Assembly (NCBI GenBank): GCA_963755795.1
Contig: CAVWLI010000017.1
Location: forward strand, 25,262 to 89,261
DNA length: 64,000 nucleotides
Direction of reading: 5' to 3'
Source of the DNA: an uncultured Acidobacteriota bacterium
Lineage (GTDB): Bacteria > Acidobacteriota > Terriglobia > Terriglobales > Acidobacteriaceae
Shown: positions 18,136 through 26,672 of the stretch, piece by piece
Numbering within the stretch: position 1 is the stretch's first letter
Layout: each line of letters begins with the position of its first letter
Notes under the pieces: model-generated
Told to the model about the DNA's origin: nothing
Database searches by the model: none
What the model saw: only the letters and a program-made list of their open reading frames with translations
Program-made: the position numbers and the translations under genes

Positions 18136-19259
18136 GGTTGTTTCCCCCCGTCCGTTGCAGCTGCGATTCCGTAGTAATGAAACACTTCCACGCGCCGGTT
18201 GAAGGAATCGACCACGTAGATGCGATCGTGCGCGTCGATCTGCAGTCCGGCCGGCAATTGAAACTGTCCCGCTCCAGTTCCCTTTCCGCCGAAGTAATAC
18301 AACAACCGCCCCTGTTCGTCGAAGACCTGCACGATGCTCCACTCGCCGTCGGCAACGTAGAGATGCCCTTCGGAATCAAATCCGATTCCTTTCGGCCGAA
18401 ACATCCATCCCACGCCATCGCCGATCCTTCCGACGGCGTAGCGGAACGTGCCCGCCCGGTCAAAAACCTGCACGCGGAAATTCATGGAGTCGACCACCGC
18501 CAGATCCGTTCCATGCAGCCGCAACTCGGTGGGATAGTTGAACTCGCCTTCGGCGGTGCCCGTCTTTCCAATGGTCTGCAGCACGCTGCCCTGCATGTCC
18601 ATGACGAAAATCTTGTTGCGCAGAGTATCCGTCACGTAAATGCGCTGGGCCGTCGAATCGACCGCAATTCCCGTGGGACGCTTGAAATATCCTTCGCCGC
18701 CCTTCAGGCTTCCAATCACACGGCGATACTTGCCGCTGGGGTCAAAGACAAAAACTTTTCCCGCCAGAGAATCGGTCACATAAATATTGTCCTGTGCATC
18801 CACGGCTACGCACTGCGGCGTGTACATGGGATCTTTCCCCACATCCCGCCGCGAGAGGAACTTGTACTTCTGCTGCACTAAATCGAAAATGTGCACGCCC
18901 CCCGCCGCCAGGTCGGTCACGAGGATGCGCCCGTGCGAATCGGTAACCACGCTGTAGGGGCCAACCAGGTAATGGAAGTCGGGCTGGCCCGCGATCACAT
19001 CCACCACTCGGGTCCAGAAGCTGCGCTTGGGATTGACTTCGCGTTCCAGGCTGAAGCTGCGTTCGAACGAGAGTTTCCGTCCGCCGTCCATCAGCAAATC
19101 GGGCGCCGTCGGCTGCACTTTTTCCTTGCGACTCTTCGCGGTGCGCGCTTGCGCTGGCAAAATCGCCAGCGTCATGGCCAGCAACATCGCCAGTCCGGCA
19201 ACGATCCGGCCCGTGCGCCACGCTGACCTGCGTCGTTGCCCTAGAAGAAGTCGAACCAT
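18132..19259 (-). CDS. NHL-repeat six-bladed beta-propeller protein, secreted
   Basis: Six blades: ILVTDLAAGGVHIFD, IYVTDSLAGKVFVFD, IYVTDTLRNKIFVMD, LAVVDSMNFRVQVFD, LYVADGEWSIVQVFD and IYVVDSFNRRVEVF. Signal/anchor segment IVAGLAMLLAMTLAILPAQA. The ATG at 19259 lies 19 nt inside the 3' end of the barrel gene. Confidence 0.9.
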   Translation of the reverse strand: MVRLLLGQRRRSAWRTGRIVAGLAMLLAMTLAILPAQARTAKSRKEKVQPTAPDLLMDGGRKLSFERSFSLEREVNPKRSFWTRVVDVIAGQPDFHYLVGPYSVVTDSHGRILVTDLAAGGVHIFDLVQQKYKFLSRRDVGKDPMYTPQCVAVDAQDNIYVTDSLAGKVFVFDPSGKYRRVIGSLKGGEGYFKRPTGIAVDSTAQRIYVTDTLRNKIFVMDMQGSVLQTIGKTGTAEGEFNYPTELRLHGTDLAVVDSMNFRVQVFDRAGTFRYAVGRIGDGVGWMFRPKGIGFDSEGHLYVADGEWSIVQVFDEQGRLLYYFGGKGTGAGQFQLPAGLQIDAHDRIYVVDSFNRRVEVFHYYGIAAATDGGKQP

Positions 19260-21091
19260 CGGGTTATTCCAGCAAAGTAAGAGGTAGTATTGGCCGGCGC
19301 TCCCGCCGCGCTGATGCCCTGCGTGAAGCGCGTGTAGCCGGCCTGTACGCCGATCCTGCGTAGATGGTACTGCAATTGGGCGTTGAAGATTTCCGTATTG
19401 TTGTGCGAGACAGTAGAACCCAAAGTGTTGCTGATGGCCCGGGTGAAGCTGCCCGCAATGACCAGTCGCCGGACCAGGTTCGCCGAGATTCCCCCACCGT
19501 AGCTCGATCCGCCAAAAGTGACAAAGTCGCTCACACCCGGCGTTGCAGAAACCGGCACCAATCCACCAGCACCCAGGAGTGATATCCCGGTCGACTGCGT
19601 GTAGTCGCCCGTGAGCGTGAACTTGCGCGATCCCAAGGCCGTCGAATAGGCCTGGCTGCTGCTGTTGGTGCCCTGGTAGTTGGTCAGCCCGCTGTGATTG
19701 CCGTTAAAGGCCGCCGTCCAGTTTAGTCCGGCGGGCAAACGGCGGCGCACGTTCGCGCTGTAGTTGTAGTACGAAGTCGTGTACGTCACCAGCAGAGACT
19801 GCACGTTCTGGGCATAGCTGAATACGCCCGAGGTTTGCCAGCCCGCGAAGCGGTGAAAGAAATTCACGTTGCCGATGAAACCCACCGAATTCGTGCCCTG
19901 GCCGTTGCTGCTGTCGATCACCGAACCAGAAAAGGTGAACATGTCGAAAATCCGTTTTCCGTAGTTCACCGTTCCACTCAGGTAAGTACCCGTGTAAGTC
20001 TTTCCGAAATATTCCTGGTCGTAATACGTCGCTTGTGACGACACCCCCAGATTGTTCGTGATCTGGTAGTTCGCGCCTCCCCCGAGGGTCGAGGAGTGCG
20101 CGCCCGATCCCAGGTTGATTCCCGGTACGATGGTTCCACTGGGGCTCAGGCTCTGCGCCAGGTACCCGTTCAGATTGCTGGTGTAATTCTCGGTGACGTT
20201 CAGCGAGAGTTTCTGCGTGGGGTGAAAGGTGGCGCCGGTGTTGACGATGTCATCGGTGTAGTGCGACGCATCGGAATTCTGCCCCGTGCTCGAGAAGTAG
20301 TTGCTGTCGGCGGATGACCGGTCGAAATTCGCAAAAAACTGGCCGCTCAGAGGCAAGGCGTGCTGCACTCCGAGTCCCACGTCATTTCCTGTCGAATCCT
20401 GCACTGACTCCGACTGTCCTGCCAGAAACTCAGGGAACTTAGAGTTCAAGCTGTTGCGGTCGTAGAAGCTATTCAGACGAAATCCCGCGATTTGGTAGCC
20501 CGAGCGCACGTTAAACAGCCGTGTGCTCGAAGTCGTTTCCTCGTTTGTGCCGTAAATCGTGCCGCTGCCTCCGCCCTGCGAATACCCCACCGTGAGAGTC
20601 GGCAGGTCCGGTACCAATGCGCTCCAATTGATCGCGAATCCCTCGCCCTTTCCCACGGTCGTGAAGTTGGGCTGTCCGGCCACTCCAAAAGTCCCGGTGC
20701 TATTGCGGTCGTAGCGATAGCTCACCGATCCCGGAAAATGGCTGCCCGAGAAGAAGTTCGCAGTCCCGTTGATTCCGGTCGCGCCGGTCAGCGATTGATA
20801 GGTCGAGTCGTCGCGCGATTGGTTGTAGTAGGGCTGAGCCGTGAACGACAAGAAATTAGGGTTGTAGTAGTAGCCCGAGATCTTGCCGTCGATTCCCCCG
20901 GTCAATCCGTGGTCCGAGGAAATGTCGTTGCCATAATCGCCGCTGTAGCCGAAGCTAAACAGGCCGCCGGCCGTCAGCCTGGTGTTTTCGCCGATGCGAA
21001 GTTCAGGAGTTTGCGATTGCGGCTGCTGCCCGCAGACGAGTTGCGCCATCATCAGCACCGCGAGTCCGAGGATGACATTCCTGCCCTGCAT
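19241..21091 (-). CDS. Predicted outer-membrane beta-barrel (porin-like), ~590 aa mature
   Basis: ORF 19241..21169 with a likely ATG at 21091 (MQGRNVILGLAVLMMAQLVCGQQ signal peptide). The sequence is very G/S/T/Y/N-rich with alternating hydrophobic pattern and almost no Cys. The C-terminus ...GITRWFDFF has a terminal Phe, a typical OMP beta-signal. Confidence 0.7.
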   Translation of the reverse strand: MQGRNVILGLAVLMMAQLVCGQQPQSQTPELRIGENTRLTAGGLFSFGYSGDYGNDISSDHGLTGGIDGKISGYYYNPNFLSFTAQPYYNQSRDDSTYQSLTGATGINGTANFFSGSHFPGSVSYRYDRNSTGTFGVAGQPNFTTVGKGEGFAINWSALVPDLPTLTVGYSQGGGSGTIYGTNEETTSSTRLFNVRSGYQIAGFRLNSFYDRNSLNSKFPEFLAGQSESVQDSTGNDVGLGVQHALPLSGQFFANFDRSSADSNYFSSTGQNSDASHYTDDIVNTGATFHPTQKLSLNVTENYTSNLNGYLAQSLSPSGTIVPGINLGSGAHSSTLGGGANYQITNNLGVSSQATYYDQEYFGKTYTGTYLSGTVNYGKRIFDMFTFSGSVIDSSNGQGTNSVGFIGNVNFFHRFAGWQTSGVFSYAQNVQSLLVTYTTSYYNYSANVRRRLPAGLNWTAAFNGNHSGLTNYQGTNSSSQAYSTALGSRKFTLTGDYTQSTGISLLGAGGLVPVSATPGVSDFVTFGGSSYGGGISANLVRRLVIAGSFTRAISNTLGSTVSHNNTEIFNAQLQYHLRRIGVQAGYTRFTQGISAAGAPANTTSYFAGITRWFDFF

Positions 21092-21347
21092 TTTCGCCGC
21101 TACCCTTCTGGCCAGAGGCTCAGAAAACCCGCTTGCACTTACTGGTTGAGGAGGCACAACAGTTGCCAAACTCGCGGCGAATGAGGACTTTCCAATCTGT
21201 TGAAAACAATATCGTTACGCCTTCATTAGGAGGGAGGGTTTGAGCTGAAATTCGCGCCGGTGCGGCATATCACCCGGCTTGCGAGTTGAAATCCACAACC
21301 GCCCGAACAGCGCCGCTGTCGTCCAAAACCAAAGACCTGTACAAAGC

Positions 21348-21388
21348 GAAGGACCTGTGCAATCGGCGGAAGATTGCACAGGTCCTTC
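21348..21388 (-). terminator. Strong hairpin (16-bp perfect stem, 9-nt loop) 28 nt after the PPIase stop
   Basis: GAAGGACCTGTGCAAT-cggcggaag-ATTGCACAGGTCCTTC read directly. On the minus strand it is followed by a partly T-rich tract (GCTTTGTACAGGTCTTTGGTTTTGG). Confidence 0.55.
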
Positions 21389-21415
21389 GTTTCTCTCAGC
21401 ATCACAAAACGCTGA

Positions 21416-22438
21416 TTAGACTTCCTCAATCCTAGCCTTTGCCCGTAATTGCTTCGCCAGGCCAGACCGCAGTTTGTCGTACTTGCTCTTCTGCAAATTC
21501 GTTTTCAGATCGTTCTTGACCTCGGCGAACGGGCGTTTGCGCGACGGAGTAAATGCAGTCGCCCGCACGATGGTGAATGCGGTTTCAATCTGGATCAGCC
21601 CGCTCACGCCGCCCGGCCCGGCTGCCCGCAAAGCTTTAACCACCTGCGGCGGCAACTTGTCGGCCGTCACAACTTTGTGGTCACCCATGTTCACCCGGAA
21701 ATCATCCTCGGAGATCTTCTCCGCCAGCAATCCAAATTGCTCGTAGGTCTTGGCGGCCTTCGCCTGCACCAACGCCGCTTCCGCCCGCTTTCTGGCATCT
21801 TTTTCCTGATCCGGCGTCGCCTTCAGCGGAGGAACGATGGAGATGCTCTGGAACCCGAAAGACTCCGGCTGCTGGAATTGCCCCGGATTCTTGGCGTAAT
21901 ACGCCTGAAGCTCGGCCAACGAAACCGCCGACTTATCTTCCACATCGGTTTTCAGAACCTGCTCAATCAGCAGCGAGCGCTTCATCTGTTGCCGCAGTTT
22001 TTGCTCGGAACCCTGCATCTCAGTCTGCAGGTATTGCTGGTATTGGTCCGGACTCTTAAACTGGCCGCGAAATTCGGTCGCGGCGTGATTCAGCTTTTCG
22101 GGCGAAACTGTCAGCTTCCGCCGCACCGCTTCCTGATACACCAGTTCCTCGAAAATAATCATCTCCAGCGCACCTTGCCGGATCTCCGCTTCCTGCGCTT
22201 TGGGAAAGCCGTTGTGCTGTTGCGCGTAGGGAAAGATGGTGTACATCTCGCGCAGCAGATCCCGATCGGTCAACACGGCACCGTTAACCCTGGCAACCGG
22301 CTTCTCACTCGCCTGCAAGGTTGAGGTCTGGGCAGACGCGGTGTTTGTGAGCACGGTCGGCGTATGCGAAGCCACTTGGGCTGATGCCGCCGAGAGTGCC
22401 AGTGCCAGAAATCCGCAGATGGAGAGTTGGTATTTCAT
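21416..22438 (-). CDS. Periplasmic SurA/PpiD/PrsA-like chaperone with PpiC (parvulin)-type PPIase region
   Basis: Signal peptide MKYQLSICGFLALALSAASAQ. It has a SurA-N-like helical domain (ARVNGAVLTDRDLLREM...) and the long coiled helical middle typical of this family. The parvulin call is from overall similarity, not a strict motif. Confidence 0.8.
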   Translation of the reverse strand: MKYQLSICGFLALALSAASAQVASHTPTVLTNTASAQTSTLQASEKPVARVNGAVLTDRDLLREMYTIFPYAQQHNGFPKAQEAEIRQGALEMIIFEELVYQEAVRRKLTVSPEKLNHAATEFRGQFKSPDQYQQYLQTEMQGSEQKLRQQMKRSLLIEQVLKTDVEDKSAVSLAELQAYYAKNPGQFQQPESFGFQSISIVPPLKATPDQEKDARKRAEAALVQAKAAKTYEQFGLLAEKISEDDFRVNMGDHKVVTADKLPPQVVKALRAAGPGGVSGLIQIETAFTIVRATAFTPSRKRPFAEVKNDLKTNLQKSKYDKLRSGLAKQLRAKARIEEV

Positions 22439-22545
22439 ATTGCCTCGCTCGGTTCCTCGCTTGCTAACTTCTACTCACCTCGTGACCGGCTCGAATAAAA
22501 AAGGGGAGAGTCGATCCTCTCCCCTTCTTGCACATCATCCAACGT

Positions 22546-23457
22546 CTACTGGAAGACCGTCGTGATGTTGTTGGTGTTGTTGGCTTCGTTCGACTCGCCA
22601 AAGTGGCACTGGCGGCAGAACTGCGTGGTCGAAGGAGCATTGGTATTGGCCACGTTGTTGATGTTCGGGTTGTAGGGGCCGTTCACGAAGAAATAGGTGG
22701 CGTAATAGCCGGTCGCATTTCCCGCGATCGGGCTGGCTGCGCTGGCCGTATAGACAGTCATCACGTGCTGGTTGTGGCAAGTGGTGCAGAGCACGTAGGG
22801 AGCATTTGTGGCGGTGAGACCATAGGGCTTAGACCATTTCCCAGGCGCCAGTGCTGGCCAGCCATAGTTGGCTACGAACTGAGCATACGGGGAGCCGGGG
22901 GTTACTGTCAGTGCGCCAGCAGTGTTCACCAAGCCGCTGCCAGTGCTGATGATCGCCAACTGGCCCACCGGGTGGTCGTTGGTGTAGTTGCCGCCCGTCG
23001 TGCCGTCGTTGCCGAGCAGGGTGGGGATCTTACCGGTTCCGTACGAGGTATTCGTCAGCAGGCCGATCCGCTGTTCGTACGATTGGTTGACCATCATGTT
23101 GCTGGCCGTGACGTTGCCGTCATGGCAGCTCAGGCAGAGCAGGATGCCGCCAACTTCTTGCGACCCAGTCGAGATGCTGGCAGGCAGAACTTCGGTATAT
23201 TTCCCGCCATCGCCGAATGCGATCGTCTTGCTGTACAGGGGGCTGGCGTCCTGTCCCCACAATGCATAGCTACCAGTATCAGCGGCGCCGGCGTGGCCGG
23301 AACCGAAAGAGCCGCTGTGCGGTGCGTGACATCCAGCGCAGCCGCGGCCGTTATTATTGTGGGCGCCCAGTACGTCAACCGGCGATGACCAGTTCTGCGC
23401 CATCGCGAAGCTCCCGACCGCCAGAACGAACAGTGCAACTAAAAGCGCTTTCTTCAT
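22546..23457 (-). CDS. Secreted tetrahaem c-type cytochrome with low haem density
   Basis: ORF 22546..23493 with a likely ATG at 23457 (MKKALLVALFVLAVGSFAMAQ). Haem motifs are CAGCHAPH, CLSCHDG, CTTCHNQH and CRQCHFG. The long spacers are G/S/T/N/A-rich. Confidence 0.85.
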   Translation of the reverse strand: MKKALLVALFVLAVGSFAMAQNWSSPVDVLGAHNNNGRGCAGCHAPHSGSFGSGHAGAADTGSYALWGQDASPLYSKTIAFGDGGKYTEVLPASISTGSQEVGGILLCLSCHDGNVTASNMMVNQSYEQRIGLLTNTSYGTGKIPTLLGNDGTTGGNYTNDHPVGQLAIISTGSGLVNTAGALTVTPGSPYAQFVANYGWPALAPGKWSKPYGLTATNAPYVLCTTCHNQHVMTVYTASAASPIAGNATGYYATYFFVNGPYNPNINNVANTNAPSTTQFCRQCHFGESNEANNTNNITTVFQ

Positions 23458-23897
23458 AAAATTCCACGACCTCCATGAAAAATGTTTTGCCACTTCTTAA
23501 TAAACTCTCAGAGGCTTAGGCCGTGGGCTGCGTCTTGTGCCTGGGCACTCGGCGTAGCCGCCTCTCAGCTTCTGTTAGTGCAACTGGCCGCCCGAAACCC
23601 CAGGCCGCCGGCGATTTCCTTGAATCTCTTGTAAATTATTGAATTAACTAATCTTAAGCTCGAGGCACCCGACAGCAGATCTCTGGAAAACTCCTCAACA
23701 CTGGGGGAAAACAACCACTTGGCGGCCCCGCTTGGTCAAATTACCCAGTTGTAAGAAACCGCAACAGAGCTGTTGCAAAACTCAGCAGCCGACCGCGCGC
23801 TATCCGTGCATCAAGAATCGGTGTGAGGAATTTTCTTGCGTTGCCGCCGGCAGAGACGGAGCAACCACGTCCTCGACGGATGGGATCTTCATCTCGG

Positions 23898-25160
23898 CTA
23901 CTTGCTGGGCGGGACTTTGGCTTCCGGCGCTGCGGGCGGCGACAGTGGGACAACCTCTTTGTTGCCCGCCGCTTTCTTGGCCCGCTGCTCTTCTTTGTCC
24001 TTGCGCGCCTGCTCAGCCTCGGCGTCGGTCACGTAGCGGAATTGTTGCACGCGTCCGGGATAGATTTCCGAGGTGAAGACGCGGTTGTTCTTATCGGTCG
24101 CAATATTCACGATCCCCTGAAACTGGCCCGGCAGCAGGCCGTGGCCACCGAATGAAATCAGCAGATGCGCGTCCTGGTTGTAGACCTGCACCCGGTCCTG
24201 CACGCCGTCGGCAACCCAGATGTGGTTATCACTGTCGATCGCGACCCCTTTGGGCCGCGAGAAGTATCCCGGGCCATCGCCCGCCTTGCCGAACGTGCTG
24301 ATGAATTTTCCGTCGGCGTCAAAGATTTCTACGCGGTTGTTCAGCGTATCGCAGACATAGAGGTTGCCTTCTGCATCGACCGCCAGTCCGGACGGCCTGG
24401 CGAAATCTCCAGGACTGGTGAGCTCATGGTGGTGTCCGGTGGTGCCGATCTTGCGCAGCAGTTTGAGTGAGTCGGCGTCATACACCAGCACCTGATCAAG
24501 CTCGATGTCGGACACATAAAGCAGCCGGTTCTCGCGATCGATGGCCAGCGAGCCGGGTTCGACCAGTCCCTCAGTGATCACATCCTCCGCAACATGGGCG
24601 GGGTTGAAGACCAGAACATGGCGCAAGCCAGGGTCGGACACGAACAGACGATCGTTGTCGTCCATGGCCAGCCCGATGATGCGGACGAAGTGGGCGTGCG
24701 CCTTGTTCTTGATCATGTCAAGATCGTGCGTCTCGGTGTTGAAAATAAAGATGGCGCCGACCTTCTGATCCGCGATGTATAGGTTGTTCTTGGAATCGAC
24801 TGCGAGGCCGTAGGGCTCGGCCAGTTGGTACAACACCTTTGCTTCGCTCTGTGGCTGCGTGCCCGCCAGGCGGTCCATCCATTTCGCTTTTTTGCTGTCG
24901 TTCCCCGCCTCGACCTGCGAGATCTTTTCCGCCGCAAAGAATCCCGTGTAGCGAATGCGCGCAATGGCCGGAGGATTCGGCCACACAATGTTCGAATAAT
25001 CAATGACGGGAACCTTCTTGGCCGTGTCCGTCTTCTTTTTGCCGGCAAATGCGGAGATGGGCGCCAGCAGAGCCAGGCCGACCATAAGACACACGACAAG
25101 TCGCGGGCGACGGTCGGCTGAGCCCGCGCTGATGGCAGACATGCTTTTCATTTTCCTCAT
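23898..25160 (-). CDS. NHL-repeat beta-propeller protein, secreted, with K/P/A/E-rich C-terminal tail
   Basis: ORF 23898..25229. The ATG at 25160 is preceded by GGAGAA. Signal peptide LVVCLMVGLALLAPISAFA. Blades are LYIADQKVGAIFIFN, LFVSDPGLRHVLVFN, LYVSDIELDQVLVYD, LYVCDTLNNRVEIFD, IWVADGVQDRVQVYN and VFTSEIYPGRVQQF. Tail sequence: EAEQARKDKEEQRAKKAAGNKEVVPLSPPAAPEAKVPPSK. Confidence 0.85.
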   Translation of the reverse strand: MRKMKSMSAISAGSADRRPRLVVCLMVGLALLAPISAFAGKKKTDTAKKVPVIDYSNIVWPNPPAIARIRYTGFFAAEKISQVEAGNDSKKAKWMDRLAGTQPQSEAKVLYQLAEPYGLAVDSKNNLYIADQKVGAIFIFNTETHDLDMIKNKAHAHFVRIIGLAMDDNDRLFVSDPGLRHVLVFNPAHVAEDVITEGLVEPGSLAIDRENRLLYVSDIELDQVLVYDADSLKLLRKIGTTGHHHELTSPGDFARPSGLAVDAEGNLYVCDTLNNRVEIFDADGKFISTFGKAGDGPGYFSRPKGVAIDSDNHIWVADGVQDRVQVYNQDAHLLISFGGHGLLPGQFQGIVNIATDKNNRVFTSEIYPGRVQQFRYVTDAEAEQARKDKEEQRAKKAAGNKEVVPLSPPAAPEAKVPPSK

Positions 25161-25229
25161 CTTCGTTCTCCTGGTTCTCCTGCGACGTCTCTCATGCGAA
25201 CTTTCTCCCCGCAAACTTCCTGGTTGCAA

Positions 25230-26672
25230 CTATCGCTTCGTCAGATCCTTGTGACAGCTGGCGCAGAATTGCGCGTTGTTCACCTGGTCCTTCGCCAGCA
25301 GGTCGGGCTGCGCCGAGGAATGCGGCTGATGGCAGGATAGGCAGTCGATCTTCGCGATTATCTTGGTGACGTTCGAGGGATCAACTACATCGGAGATGGG
25401 GTGGCCTGCGATCGGATGCCCGCGCCCGAACTTTATGGGCAGCACCACGACTTTATTCTTGGTGAAGTAATCCTCTGGCAGCCGCACGGTTCCGTTGAAA
25501 ATCGTGAGCAGGTGCTCGGCTTCGAGCTTTTTCGGCTCCGCGTCAGGGCCGTGACATTCCAGACACAGTCCGTTCGTACTCTTGCTGCGCAGCAAGTGAT
25601 CGTTGTCGCCGCCGTGGGGCTCGTGGCAGGTGGCGCATCCCTGCTTGAACGCGGGCTGATGCAGAAAGTGTTTCTTGCCCTGCTCGGCCTGGTCGCTGTG
25701 GCAGGTCAGGCAGATGTCAACTGCATTAGTCCTGGGCAGGCCGGGCTGGCGGCTGGCATGCGGATTATGGCAGTCAGTGCACTCTCCGGCCGCGCCGGGA
25801 TGCGGCACTCTCGCCTTTTCAATGTTCTCTGCCACGTCGCTATGGCAGGTGACGCAGATCGACTTCACGTCGGCTTGCACGAGGACTACTTTGCCGTCCT
25901 TGGCCGGCGCGTGGCACGTGTCACAAGATTTCTCGGCGAACGGAGGATGCAGGAACTGCCGCATTAGCTTGGGGACGGCCGACTGATGCGGATCGTGGCA
26001 ACTGGTGCAATCCGCGGTGGCGAAAGGCTGGTTGTGATGCGCCTTCTGCAGGCTCGCGTCTTTGACGTCGTGGCAATCAACGCACAGCGCCGGAGCGGCC
26101 TTGGTCAAATGAAAATCAAACTCGGGTTTACCCACTTCTCCGGTCTTGTGGGTGATGTGGCAGGTGTCACAGCCCATATCGAGCGCAGCATGGCGGCTGC
26201 CTTTTTCCGGAACGTTCAACCCCTGGGTGTGGCACTCGAGACAAAGATTCTGGCTTTTGTCGCCCGACTCAGGCTTCAGCAACTGATTCTTGTTGTCGCT
26301 GGTATGCGGGTCGTGACACTTAATGCAGTCGCGCACGGCCGGAGGATGCACCGTCCCTTTTAGAGTGGAAGCGTCTTTGTCGGCGTGGCAGGTTAGACAA
26401 AGCGCCTGCGGAGTCGAGGTGATCAGCTTGATCCGCGTGACGTCTTTATTGACCCGAACTTCATGACAGCTGAGGCAGCCGGTGGCAATCGCCGAATGCA
26501 CCGCCTTGCCCTTCGTCTTATCCTCGTGGCACTCGAGACACTTCGCCGAATCCACATTCTTGTCGAGCGGAACCGGATGTTCCTTGGCCCATGCTGGCAT
26601 TGCTGCAATCACGAAGAAGAATGCCAGCCAAGAGAAACGGGGGAGGGCTGCGATGCTTGCGTTCCGGCTCAT
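25230..26672 (-). CDS. Periplasmic/secreted 16-haem c-type cytochrome (c3/c7-like modular)
   Basis: ORF 25230..26741 with a likely ATG at 26672 (MSRNASIAALPRFSWLAFFFVIAAMPAWA). I counted 16 canonical CxxCH motifs in ~450 mature residues, many as CxxCHDPH/CxxCHxxH. Confidence 0.9.
   Translation of the reverse strand: MSRNASIAALPRFSWLAFFFVIAAMPAWAKEHPVPLDKNVDSAKCLECHEDKTKGKAVHSAIATGCLSCHEVRVNKDVTRIKLITSTPQALCLTCHADKDASTLKGTVHPPAVRDCIKCHDPHTSDNKNQLLKPESGDKSQNLCLECHTQGLNVPEKGSRHAALDMGCDTCHITHKTGEVGKPEFDFHLTKAAPALCVDCHDVKDASLQKAHHNQPFATADCTSCHDPHQSAVPKLMRQFLHPPFAEKSCDTCHAPAKDGKVVLVQADVKSICVTCHSDVAENIEKARVPHPGAAGECTDCHNPHASRQPGLPRTNAVDICLTCHSDQAEQGKKHFLHQPAFKQGCATCHEPHGGDNDHLLRSKSTNGLCLECHGPDAEPKKLEAEHLLTIFNGTVRLPEDYFTKNKVVVLPIKFGRGHPIAGHPISDVVDPSNVTKIIAKIDCLSCHQPHSSAQPDLLAKDQVNNAQFCASCHKDLTKR

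Noticed and set aside
16174-26672. Interpretation of the cytochrome island as a nitrite, hydroxylamine or sulfite-type multihaem enzyme operon, or as a direct MtrCAB orthologue
   Set aside because: There is no CxxCK catalytic haem motif, no partner FeS or molybdopterin subunits and no NrfD/NapC/CymA-type quinol dehydrogenase. The gene order and the NHL and PPIase genes also differ from mtrCAB. Only the general porin-cytochrome logic is retained as a hypothesis.
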